Shown piece after piece: positions 46,160 to 55,021 of a stretch of 64,000 nt of DNA. How positions within the stretch are numbered: position 1 is the stretch's first letter; every line of letters starts with the position of its first letter. The position numbers were made by a program, and so were the translations under genes. Source of the DNA: Polyangiaceae bacterium. GTDB taxonomy: Bacteria > Myxococcota_A > Polyangia > Polyangiales > Polyangiaceae. The stretch spans positions 2,112,001-2,176,000 of the forward strand of contig CBDCTZ010000016.1 of NCBI GenBank assembly GCA_965222375.1, in the 5' to 3' direction. The notes under the pieces were generated by a model. The model made no database searches. It was not told the origin of the DNA and saw nothing but the letters and a program-made list of their open reading frames with translations.

Positions 46160-47533
46160 ATGCGGCAGCCTTCCGCCCTCACCGTCAGCCTGCTCTACGG
46201 GCTCGCGTTCGGCGCACGTCACGCCGCCGCTCTTGCCACGGTGGCGCTGCTTTCGCGCAGCGTGTCCGTCGAGGTCTTCGCCTACTACGTGCTCGCACGC
46301 ATCGGGCTTTCCCTGGGAAACGTCGCCGCGGACATGGGCGCCAGCACGGCTCTGGTTCGACTCGTGCCCGAAGCGCCCAAGAATGACAAGGCGCATTTGG
46401 TCGGCAGCTACTTTGGATTCCGAGGGGCTCTCGCGGCGGGCATCACTCTGCTCTGCATCAGCGCAGCCGCGGCTCTGTACGGAATGAGTGCTGTGCAGCC
46501 CTGGTTGCTGCCCTCTGTCGCCGCCTACGCCGCTTGGGTGCTCTCGGATGCCAGCGGCCATGTGCTGCGGGCCTTCGAGCGCCACCGGCGCAACGTGGCG
46601 GCGATCCTAGTCGGTATTGCGGTTCAGTTCGCCGCCCTCGTACTGCTCGTGGTGTTTTGGAATGGAAAGCTTGCTGCCGTACTGTGGGCGTTCGTCATCG
46701 GAGATGCTGTCGTGTTCATTCTCGGTGCGGCCGCGCTGGGCGGCACCATCTCGGCGCCGGCTGTCCACTGGATGAAACGTCTGCTCGCGTTCGGGGCGCC
46801 CACCAGCGTTCCGCGTTGGGTGCGAGCCTTGTCCGCTCTCGACAGGCATCTGATTGCCGCCGTGTCCGGCGTTGCGCAGGCGGCCGTGTATCAGGTGGGA
46901 GCTCAAGCGGCGGCGGTGGTGGCCTGGCTCGAGAGCTCGGTGTCGAGCGGCGCAGAGCCGCGAGCCTACGCAAAGGCGGACGGAGGTCGATGGCTGTCGC
47001 AACTAACAGCTCGATTTGCTGCCCTGGCGGTGCTCGTCGCTGCTTTGCTGATCTTGTTCGCACGTGAGTTCGTGACTCTCGTCGCTTCGAAAACCTATGT
47101 GAGCGCGTTCTTAATCGTGGGGCCGATGCTCATCGTCGCGGTTCAGCACGCCGTACTCGCTCTGACAAATCTACGCGCCACGCAGACCCACGTTCCGCGC
47201 GTTTGGGCTTGGACCGGAGGTCTCGACTTCTTGCTTTCCTTGGCGTTGGCCCTCATTGCGATACCGCAGTTCGGCGCAGAAGGTGCTGCCTGGGCCCGCG
47301 TTGGCGGAGCTTGCTGTGGCCTCGGACTTTCCCTCCACCTGACTCGAGATCGCCTGGCCGCACGGCTGCCAACGGCGTGGCTGGCCGTCGGCGTTCCCGC
47401 CTTTCTGATGGCCGTGCATGTCTTCACAGTGGCCGTGCCCTCGGTTTCGGTACGCGTCCTTGCGATGGTGATCGGCCTCGTAATGTCCGGGCTGCTGTTC
47501 TTCCTTCAGCGCGCTCGCTCCAAGAACGCATGA
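46160..47533 (+). CDS. Wzx-like oligosaccharide flippase (MOP superfamily)
   Basis: 12-14 TM helices; D.G...ALVR, LLAFGAP, LDRHLI, AVYQVG and IPQFGAEGAAWA patterns. Confidence 0.82.
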   Translation: MRQPSALTVSLLYGLAFGARHAAALATVALLSRSVSVEVFAYYVLARIGLSLGNVAADMGASTALVRLVPEAPKNDKAHLVGSYFGFRGALAAGITLLCISAAAALYGMSAVQPWLLPSVAAYAAWVLSDASGHVLRAFERHRRNVAAILVGIAVQFAALVLLVVFWNGKLAAVLWAFVIGDAVVFILGAAALGGTISAPAVHWMKRLLAFGAPTSVPRWVRALSALDRHLIAAVSGVAQAAVYQVGAQAAAVVAWLESSVSSGAEPRAYAKADGGRWLSQLTARFAALAVLVAALLILFAREFVTLVASKTYVSAFLIVGPMLIVAVQHAVLALTNLRATQTHVPRVWAWTGGLDFLLSLALALIAIPQFGAEGAAWARVGGACCGLGLSLHLTRDRLAARLPTAWLAVGVPAFLMAVHVFTVAVPSVSVRVLAMVIGLVMSGLLFFLQRARSKNA

Positions 47534-48246
47534 CGGGAAGCGAACCGCCCTTCCCGGGGGCCGTGTTGGCGTAGGCAAAACCCTGCTGGCGCTTGGCCGC
47601 GTTCTGCAACCACTTCGCCTAGACCCACGGGCTGTCGCAAGGCGATTCGGACCGCCTCTGGCGCGGTCTGTGCGATGCGCTCCAAGACCGCTTGCTTGTC
47701 TTCCACCAGGTTTGCAACGTACACGAAATCGCTACCCCGGAAGTCAAACTCAGCCCCCTGCGCGCGAACCACCTCCACCCGTTCGGCATGGCGCTTCAGC
47801 AGGGCGCGCGCAGCCTGCACCGCGCGCGGTTGCGAATCCAGCCCCACAGCGAGGGGTATCGGAGTGCGGTCGAGAACGTGCAGCATCGTCGCGGGCAGGG
47901 GCCCGCACCCGACCATGACAAAGCGCGCGACGTCGGCGAGTCGCTCCCCCTCGAATAAATCGGCAACCCGCGTGTAGGTTCGTTTCGCGAAACCCTCCGG
48001 CTCATCCGAAAGCGCGCCGCCGCTATCCAACTGCCTGCGTACATCCCTGAGCTCACGTTCGAATACCCAGCGTCGGTAGGCTTGACCGACAGCCGCGGCG
48101 ACCTCTCGGGTTTCCGGCCGACGCAGCAGCAGCTCCGCATCCGAATCGGATACGGTCTCGAAGGCCTTGCTTAAACCCAGCAGGGAGGTTTCGGAGCCGG
48201 CTGTTGCCACTTCGCGGAGCAACTCGAGCACGCCGGGAGGGGTCAC
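47506..48246 (-). CDS. Nicotianamine-synthase-like (CntL-type) SAM-dependent aminocarboxypropyltransferase
   Basis: MVGCGPLPAT (cf. GSGPLP.T) and DFVYVANLV.DK..VL. The GTG overlaps the upstream TGA. Confidence 0.72.
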   Translation of the reverse strand: MTPPGVLELLREVATAGSETSLLGLSKAFETVSDSDAELLLRRPETREVAAAVGQAYRRWVFERELRDVRRQLDSGGALSDEPEGFAKRTYTRVADLFEGERLADVARFVMVGCGPLPATMLHVLDRTPIPLAVGLDSQPRAVQAARALLKRHAERVEVVRAQGAEFDFRGSDFVYVANLVEDKQAVLERIAQTAPEAVRIALRQPVGLGEVVAERGQAPAGFCLRQHGPREGRFASRHAFLERAR

Positions 48247-49466
48247 GAATCCCGCCCGTAGCGCTGTCGGCGCACCCAATGGCGCAGGCGATTTCGCAGC
48301 AGCGTGTGGTCCAGATCCTTCAGTGCGTCTTCCAGGTGGCCCTGCATGCGTCGCGGCATGTCCCGGACTATTCGCGAGAGCACCGCTCGCGCCAAGTCAT
48401 CCCGCCCAATCCCAAGCAGGCCTGGCACGACGTCGGCGTAGAAGATGATGACACCACCTTCGATGGGCAGCCTGGCCAAATCCTCCGGCAGGACCTCGGA
48501 TGTTTCGAAGGGGCTGGGGCTCTTTCGCGCACCAATCACGAGTAGTTCGAGCTTGACTCGAACGCACTTCTCGCAACTTCCGCAATTGAGGCGATCGACC
48601 GGAGACTTGGGGCAGACGCGCAACCGCGAAAGGTCCGCGCCCCAGCCCACCAGCTCACGCAACTTCTCTAGTCGCGTGAGGCGCTCACCTTGATGGTGAA
48701 TTCGAAGTCCGTAGCTGGATAGCTTCGGGTCGACCGCTGGGTGCGTGCCGTAAGGGCTCAAGTTGGCGATGTCTGCGCTCGACGCCAGAAGCACGTCCGA
48801 GTAGCGCGGCGCGAGCGCGTGAGCCGACGCGGACAAGATCGCCGCCTGAAAAATGTCTCCCCAGAACGTGCCATCCGCATCGAGCTCACGCAGGTTCGAC
48901 AAGATGGGAACTACCCCGACGTCCAAAGCCTCGGCCGTCGACCCCGCGTGCTCCAGGGCTAGCGCAAACGCATCTTCAGCGTCTGAACGCTGTACGCGGA
49001 TCTCGAACCCGAGCAGGACGAGCGCGTCCTTCACCCGTCCCGGGTGCTCGCGGCCGAGGCCGCGCTGGTTTTCGTGCAGCGCGTGCAAGGAATCGACTCC
49101 GCCAGAGAAGAAGGCTGCCGTCGCGCGCCGCTTGCCCTCGGGCGCCGCATCTCTATCACCCTCGATCCGCAGTTTTCGCTCCGCCGCATAGAACCAATGG
49201 TCGTAGTAGGCGGCGACGGTCGCCAGATTGCTCCGCAGCCAGGGGCACGTGGGCGCTTCTACTCGAATTCGCTGCTCTCGGAACTTCAGCGCTGGCAGCA
49301 GGCCGCCTATCAAGAAGGGGTTACCACTGCTCGACAAATGACCACGCTCAGACCCTGACGCGAAGTGCACGCGCAAGTCCGGTCTGCTGCAATCCTCCCA
49401 CTGAACGAGACCGCTCACGGCAGGACGGCCCAAGTAGGTTCCGTTTTCAATCCCCGTGATCAGCAC
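48243..49466 (-). CDS. PP-loop (adenine-nucleotide alpha-hydrolase-like) ATPase with QueC-like Cys cluster
   Basis: FFSGGVDS, YGTHPAVDP and RVC...NCGSCEKCVR motifs. Confidence 0.75.
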   Translation of the reverse strand: MLITGIENGTYLGRPAVSGLVQWEDCSRPDLRVHFASGSERGHLSSSGNPFLIGGLLPALKFREQRIRVEAPTCPWLRSNLATVAAYYDHWFYAAERKLRIEGDRDAAPEGKRRATAAFFSGGVDSLHALHENQRGLGREHPGRVKDALVLLGFEIRVQRSDAEDAFALALEHAGSTAEALDVGVVPILSNLRELDADGTFWGDIFQAAILSASAHALAPRYSDVLLASSADIANLSPYGTHPAVDPKLSSYGLRIHHQGERLTRLEKLRELVGWGADLSRLRVCPKSPVDRLNCGSCEKCVRVKLELLVIGARKSPSPFETSEVLPEDLARLPIEGGVIIFYADVVPGLLGIGRDDLARAVLSRIVRDMPRRMQGHLEDALKDLDHTLLRNRLRHWVRRQRYGRDS

Positions 49467-50091
49467 CTTCGCCCCTAGGGGGATCTAAAACACACAACCT
49501 GCGCGGTGCCCAGCGCGGATCCATGCGTGGGTGCTCCGGCAAAGTCATGTCGAGTTCGAGCCGAACCCGGAGCTGTCCCTCCTCCTTGAGTCGTGCAAAG
49601 TCTCCTTCCGCATGCTCCCAGCCCACGCAGAACTCGGCTACGACGACCTGTGCGCCCCGAGCCAGGGCGCACAGCTGTGCCCATTCGGAATTGACGGAAT
49701 TCGAGCCGAAGTGCCGCAGCGCCAAGCCAAGAAGAATGAGACCGTAGCTGCGCTTCGGTAGCTCCAGCGAGGCGTCCTGGTATCGTTTCTGCAAGTGTTG
49801 GATTCGACAGGCGCGCCCGTTCCAGACGTCGGCTTCGAAGGGGTCCACCTGCGGGTCGACGACCGTCACGCTTTCGTGCGATCCCAAAAGGTACTTTGTG
49901 ATTGGAACCTTGTAGCCGCCAATCTCCACCACGTGAGGGCAGTCCCGCACGTAGTAGGCTGCGAGCACCTGCCGCACACCAGCTTCCGGTGTCAGTAGGT
50001 AGGCCATGCTCAAGTCCGATTCGGAGCCGTATCGATCCCAAACCCACCTGGGGGCTGAGCCTGTTGGAGGGGATTGGGTGGAATCCGTCAT
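49447..50091 (-). CDS. Putative class I SAM-dependent methyltransferase-like protein
   Basis: Motif I-like VVEIGG, motif II-like VTVVDP; operonic 20-bp overlap with the next gene. Confidence 0.55.
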   Translation of the reverse strand: MTDSTQSPPTGSAPRWVWDRYGSESDLSMAYLLTPEAGVRQVLAAYYVRDCPHVVEIGGYKVPITKYLLGSHESVTVVDPQVDPFEADVWNGRACRIQHLQKRYQDASLELPKRSYGLILLGLALRHFGSNSVNSEWAQLCALARGAQVVVAEFCVGWEHAEGDFARLKEEGQLRVRLELDMTLPEHPRMDPRWAPRRLCVLDPPRGEGADHGD

Positions 50092-50113
50092 GAACAGCTC
50101 GCAGCGTCCGGGG

Positions 50114-52306
50114 TCAGTCTGACAGGGTTGGCGACAGGCTCACGCGGAATGTGTTGATTCCTGCGCCTCGCCGAAACTCCAAAATCGGTCGTTCATCCGT
50201 GTGACGTACGTCGACCGCGACCTCGCTCCATTTGCGCAGTTGAGCGCGCCCCAAACTCAACTGGCGTCGAAATCCGGCGAGGTCGCCCAGGCCTGTGTTG
50301 GGCAGCTGTTCGGATACGTTGCTGACGTTTGCGTCGGACGCGGCGAGGCGTGCGTTGCTCAGGATGACGATCGCCTCGTCCGAGGAGAGCGCTAGCGCCT
50401 CGGCGTATTCGAACGCAGTCCGGGCGTTGGCGAGGATCACGCTCGCGTCGTTGCCCCAAACGTATTGAGCAAGGACCCCGTCCGAGCGCAGCGTGGACCT
50501 AGCTAGTTCGAAGAACTCTCGCGTCGCCAAGCTGGCGCCCTGAGTTCGGTATTGGTGCACGCTCACTACAATCGCGTCTAACGGATGCCGTTGCTGCCTC
50601 AAGTATGTGCGGCCATCCTGCGTCAAGAAACGCAAGTTCGAGGCTTCATGAGCGCGCTGGTTGTCGATAGCGAACCCCCCGAGGGCGTCGAACACCGCCG
50701 GCACCACGTCCACGCCGTCCACGCGGCCAGCGCCCAAGCCCACGGCCAATGTGCCCGCCGTGATCCCATAACCCATGCCGAGCACGGCGACGTGCTCGCG
50801 GCGCGGCGCGAAGTAGGCCGCGCTGAGCGCGAGTAGACGCTGAGTGTCGCCGGTCTTCGCCCGCCCCAGCTCGCCGGCAAGGCGGGATCCCGTGTTGAAG
50901 ATCGCCCGTCGCTCGCCGCTGAGCCTCGCAACCTCGAAGATCCCGCTTTCGCTTTCGCTGACCGTCTGCCGGAGTTGCGGGTGTACGACTCCAAGCGCCG
51001 GGCCCCGTTTCCAGAGCGAAGCGACTACGGCTGCAGTGCCGACGGCCAGGGCCCAGCGCCGCCGTCGCGACAAGAACACTGCCACGGCAGCCGCGGTCGT
51101 GGCGTGCAGCACCAAGATGCCGCGAGTGCCCAATGCGCTGCTCAGTAGGTAGGTCGTCAGCAGAGCACCCGCGGCAGCCGCCGCCGTGTTGAGAGCCACC
51201 GCCCGGCCCACGTTTCGGAGCCGCCCAGATTGTTCGAGCAGAGAAAGCGCAAGCGGGAAGAGAGTTCCCAGGCCGACAGCCGGGATGAACACGGCGCAAC
51301 TCAAGAATAGGGCTCGGGCGGCTGATGCCTTCGGCTGGTAGCTGGGGCTATCCCGGAGCAAAGAGAATAGCGCAGCGTCCGCCGACCAAAGCGCCGCGGC
51401 GAGGCTGAGGGCGACGATCATGAGGCAAGCCGCTGCGATCCGCGCCGCAGAAGACCTAAGGACGGCGCGACTTGCCAGAACGCCACCCAGTCCCAATCCC
51501 AGCAAGATGCTGCTCAGGGAAAGTGCCGTCACGAAGACGCGGTCGCCGACGAGTAGTCCGAAGACGCGCACCCACGCCACCTGCGCCGACAGCACCAAAA
51601 AGCCCGACGCCGCCGCGAGTGCTAGCGCAGCGCCCGAGCTATCGCGTTCGTCGGAAGGGCGCTGTTTCGCCGCGGGCGGCGAGGGAGTGACGACAGAGAA
51701 GTGGCGCGCACTGGCGGCCGCGATGCAGGCTGCAGCGATTCCGAATACGGCGGTGGCGGAGGCCGTCGACACCGCGCCCCACTGAGCGACTCCCCAAAAG
51801 GTTGCGAGCAGGGGCCCGAGCGCGGCGCCGAATAGGTTGCTTGCATACAGGGTTGGTAGTGCCACAGCGCCTTGTGCGGCAGTCGCGAGCAAAGGCAGGG
51901 TGGCTCCAAAGGCCGCGCTGGCAGGGCCCACCAGAACAAGCGCCGCCACCATGTGCTTGACCACGGTGGGGCCCGGTACGACGTCGAGCAGTGGCCGCAA
52001 AAGCGCGGCGTGTCGAAAACAAAGCAGTACAGCCAAAAAACCGAGCCCCGCGGCGAGCAACTCGAACCAAGCGTAGGTGCGTAAGGCTGCTTCGGGAGTG
52101 CTCCGCGGGCGTCGGGAAATTGCCCAGGCGCCCGCCGCATGGCCGAGAAGGAATGCGGTGACCACACTCGATAGCGCCTGGCTCGTGCCCCCGATCAGGA
52201 GGAAGGCGCCGCGCACCCAGAGTGTCTCGAAGGCGAGCGCCGCCAGCCCGGACAGAAAGAACGGCACCAAGAGCAGCAAAGAACGCCAGTGGCGCGAAGC
52301 TGACAT
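50114..52306 (-). CDS. Membrane-fused spermidine-synthase-like protein (fused MFS/SpeE type)
   Basis: FFLSGLAALAFETLW.R, G.TLPL and LYA.N..GA TM region; C-terminal VAVLGMGYGITAG, DGRTYL and TDERPILEF. Confidence 0.85.
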   Translation of the reverse strand: MSASRHWRSLLLLVPFFLSGLAALAFETLWVRGAFLLIGGTSQALSSVVTAFLLGHAAGAWAISRRPRSTPEAALRTYAWFELLAAGLGFLAVLLCFRHAALLRPLLDVVPGPTVVKHMVAALVLVGPASAAFGATLPLLATAAQGAVALPTLYASNLFGAALGPLLATFWGVAQWGAVSTASATAVFGIAAACIAAASARHFSVVTPSPPAAKQRPSDERDSSGAALALAAASGFLVLSAQVAWVRVFGLLVGDRVFVTALSLSSILLGLGLGGVLASRAVLRSSAARIAAACLMIVALSLAAALWSADAALFSLLRDSPSYQPKASAARALFLSCAVFIPAVGLGTLFPLALSLLEQSGRLRNVGRAVALNTAAAAAGALLTTYLLSSALGTRGILVLHATTAAAVAVFLSRRRRWALAVGTAAVVASLWKRGPALGVVHPQLRQTVSESESGIFEVARLSGERRAIFNTGSRLAGELGRAKTGDTQRLLALSAAYFAPRREHVAVLGMGYGITAGTLAVGLGAGRVDGVDVVPAVFDALGGFAIDNQRAHEASNLRFLTQDGRTYLRQQRHPLDAIVVSVHQYRTQGASLATREFFELARSTLRSDGVLAQYVWGNDASVILANARTAFEYAEALALSSDEAIVILSNARLAASDANVSNVSEQLPNTGLGDLAGFRRQLSLGRAQLRKWSEVAVDVRHTDERPILEFRRGAGINTFRVSLSPTLSD

Positions 52307-52448
52307 ACGCTCGACCCAGCATACTGCGTCGGTGCGGCGTGAACGACGGCGAAGCCCATTGAGTGGATGCGGGCCAGCGAGCAAGCGCGCGCAGAAGCAC
52401 AGGGCGCGAGAGATCGAGCCAAACCCCAATCCCCACCCAAAACGGAGG

Positions 52449-54152
52449 CTAGAGCGTTTTCAGATACTCGAGGACTGCGCGCCGCGCGGGCTTGGGCAAG
52501 TCGCTCAGGAATGGGTGCCCGCCGACGTCGAATCCCGGTTTTCGCGCGTCGTAGACGTAGCGGCCCGGGCTGAGTTTCAGTGGCGCCACGCCATCGGTGG
52601 TCTTCAACTTCAGCTGGCCGCCCTCTTCGACGACGGGTTGCCAAGCGACACCGACGCGCTGCAAGTCGTAGAGGGCGTTGGTATCGACCAGGTAATGCGT
52701 TGGGCGCTGTTCCGGTGGCGTCGCCAGAGTCTCCAAGTCCGGCCATTGCCCTGCGTGCCCGTACAGGCCGCGTGCCCAAACATCGACCAGTGGTCTAGGC
52801 ACGTAGCCGCCGGTCTTGCGCGAAGAGAGCAAGCCCCGGGAGTGGTCCAGGGAGTTGACGACCTGGAGCAGCTTGTCGCTCAGAACCTCGAGGCGGACGG
52901 GATCTGTTTTCAACGAAGAAAGCGGGACGACCTTTTCTTGGTACGCAACTTCTCGCTTCATGGGGCCGCTGTAGCTGCCGTGGCAACCTGCGCAGCTTTG
53001 GCCGAAGTGTTTTGCTCCTTGGGAAGCCAACTCGTGGTCGATGGCTGCCGGGAACGAAGGCTTTCGGGATAGCTGTTTGAGGAACAGGAAGATGCTGGTG
53101 GGAATGTGACGCTGGCGCTGATACCAGGCCGGTCGAACACCGAAGCCGAAATCCGCTTCAGCCACCATGGCGACCGGGGAACCCACCGTGGCGCCGTCGA
53201 AACTGTTCGTGGTTCGGTAGCGCCAGGGGGCGACGTCGGGGATCTTCACCCAGCCGACGTGCTTCGGCATTGGGATGCGCGCGCCGTGCTGCAGGCGAAG
53301 CGCCGCAATGAACCCTTCCACGGGTGCGACCCGCCCGGGAAGCCCATCTGCCAGGCGCTCGACGACTTCTGCCCGCACTTGTGCGCGGTCACGCATCTTG
53401 CGCACGGCCTGTCGCACCACGGCGGCGCGACTGTTGGTGCCCCAGGGGATCTTGTGGCTGCGAGCCTCCCGGTTCGCGATGGGCAAGATGGCGTCGGCAG
53501 TGAAGGCTTCGTCCAGGGCAATCCGGGTCAGCGCGGCGTCGTAGGCATGCAGCCGCAGGCGCTGGTTGCCCATGCCCTTGATCAAACGTGCGCCGCTGGA
53601 CGTGCGGACGACGTCCGTGTGGCACACCTGACAATTCATCATCAAGAATGGGATTCGGGTGTTGGGGTCTGTCGTGAGATGAAAGCCCACGGGCAGAGCA
53701 TTGGGATCTGCGGGAGCCTTGGCGTTGGCAAAGGTGCCGAACTTGTCGTTGAAGGCGAGCCAGTCCTTGCCCAGGTGCTGCGGGTAGCGCTTCTGCAGCG
53801 CCAAGAAGAGCGGGTAGGGGATGCCCGCGCCGTAGGGATCGCCAACGCCGGCTTCTTCGAAGTAGAAGCGACCCGCTTCTACGGAGATCGTGCGGTCGCG
53901 GTACTCTTCCGGCACGCTGAAGCCCTCGCCGGCTTTGCGCTCCTCCGCCAAGGGGTCCACGACCCCGGCCGTGTGGGCAGGCTCCGGCGCGCCGCCGCAG
54001 CCACCGAGGACGCCGCCCAGCGCCATGGCCACGCCCAAGCTCGACCGAAGTGTAATGAACGTGTCACGCCTCGGGTGTCGCCGGGTGTTCGCGCTCCGCG
54101 CCTCACGAGGCACTCCGATCCTGGCTTGTGCTGGCCCTGATTGTTCTCGCAT
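52449..54152 (-). CDS. Diheme c-type cytochrome, RoxA/RoxB-like fold, lipoprotein
   Basis: CQVCH and CAGCH; YVPRPL..VWA...Y.H.G..P.L; terminal GH.F...L......LEYLKTL. Start uncertain (54152 or 54026). Confidence 0.75.
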   Translation of the reverse strand: MREQSGPAQARIGVPREARSANTRRHPRRDTFITLRSSLGVAMALGGVLGGCGGAPEPAHTAGVVDPLAEERKAGEGFSVPEEYRDRTISVEAGRFYFEEAGVGDPYGAGIPYPLFLALQKRYPQHLGKDWLAFNDKFGTFANAKAPADPNALPVGFHLTTDPNTRIPFLMMNCQVCHTDVVRTSSGARLIKGMGNQRLRLHAYDAALTRIALDEAFTADAILPIANREARSHKIPWGTNSRAAVVRQAVRKMRDRAQVRAEVVERLADGLPGRVAPVEGFIAALRLQHGARIPMPKHVGWVKIPDVAPWRYRTTNSFDGATVGSPVAMVAEADFGFGVRPAWYQRQRHIPTSIFLFLKQLSRKPSFPAAIDHELASQGAKHFGQSCAGCHGSYSGPMKREVAYQEKVVPLSSLKTDPVRLEVLSDKLLQVVNSLDHSRGLLSSRKTGGYVPRPLVDVWARGLYGHAGQWPDLETLATPPEQRPTHYLVDTNALYDLQRVGVAWQPVVEEGGQLKLKTTDGVAPLKLSPGRYVYDARKPGFDVGGHPFLSDLPKPARRAVLEYLKTL

Positions 54153-54245
54153 TGTGGTGCCGGGCACGAAGCACGAGGCGTGCCATGGCGCCAGCGGAAG
54201 CTTGCCGATTGGACACGCGAGTTGGGTTCGCGATAAGCAAGCACG

Positions 54246-54878
54246 ATGGATTCCGGCGTGTCGACGCTCTGGCCCTTCGAGACGGGCGAGGCTCCGTTCC
54301 GGGTCAAGGGCATCGCGTACGCATTCCACATGGAATATGTCGAAATGGAGCTGCCGGGGGGCGCCGTCGCCCAGAGCGAGCATCTTGAAGACAAGGCGAC
54401 GCGGGAGTTCTTCCAACAACCGTTCTTCGCGACCAGTTGGTACGACGTCTATCCCTTGGTCCAGGCGGGGCACGCCTGCGCCAAGGCAAGCAACGTCGGA
54501 TTCGAAGAGTTTGTGCGTGTCCGCGGGCGCCATCAGGTGGAACGGGATCTCGGGATCATTCGTCGGGCGTTACTCGGCGTGCTCAGCCCGGCGTCCCTCG
54601 CAGTGCGGGTGCCGCGCCTCAATGCGTCGTACTTCGATTTCGTGGAGGCGGACTCACAACCCGTGGGCAAGGATGCCGTCGTCGGTCATTGTCACGGCCT
54701 GCCGGGTCCTGTGGTGCGTTGGTACCAGCTTGTCACCGAGACCTTTCTCGAAGAAGTTATCTCTCGCAGCGGCGCACGCCGTCGGAATGTGAGCTGGGAG
54801 CCGCCCACGCTTTGCGGTCACGCCCACGGCATTCCGCTCTACGCGGTCAGTTACGAAGTCAGCTGGACGAAGCGCTGA
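54246..54878 (+). CDS. Hypothetical protein (myxobacterial-type; possibly V4R/DUF2378-like)
   Basis: 210-aa ORF with FRVKG and SWYDVYP motifs; divergent from the cytochrome gene. Confidence 0.65.
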   Translation: MDSGVSTLWPFETGEAPFRVKGIAYAFHMEYVEMELPGGAVAQSEHLEDKATREFFQQPFFATSWYDVYPLVQAGHACAKASNVGFEEFVRVRGRHQVERDLGIIRRALLGVLSPASLAVRVPRLNASYFDFVEADSQPVGKDAVVGHCHGLPGPVVRWYQLVTETFLEEVISRSGARRRNVSWEPPTLCGHAHGIPLYAVSYEVSWTKR

Positions 54879-55021
54879 CGCCGGCGCAACTTCGACGCTT
54901 CGGGCGGCAGCGCCGTGCTCCAGGGCGCCGCGGGTTTCTTGAGGCCTCCCGATGACTTATATGCACCTTGCATATAAGTCATCGATTGCCCCAATTGCCA
55001 GCCTTCCTGCGACGGCTGCGT

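Noticed and set aside
48243..49466. queC or murL assignment
   Set aside because: It shares only the SGGxDS and CxxCxKC motifs; its length and context differ and no que or mur genes are nearby.
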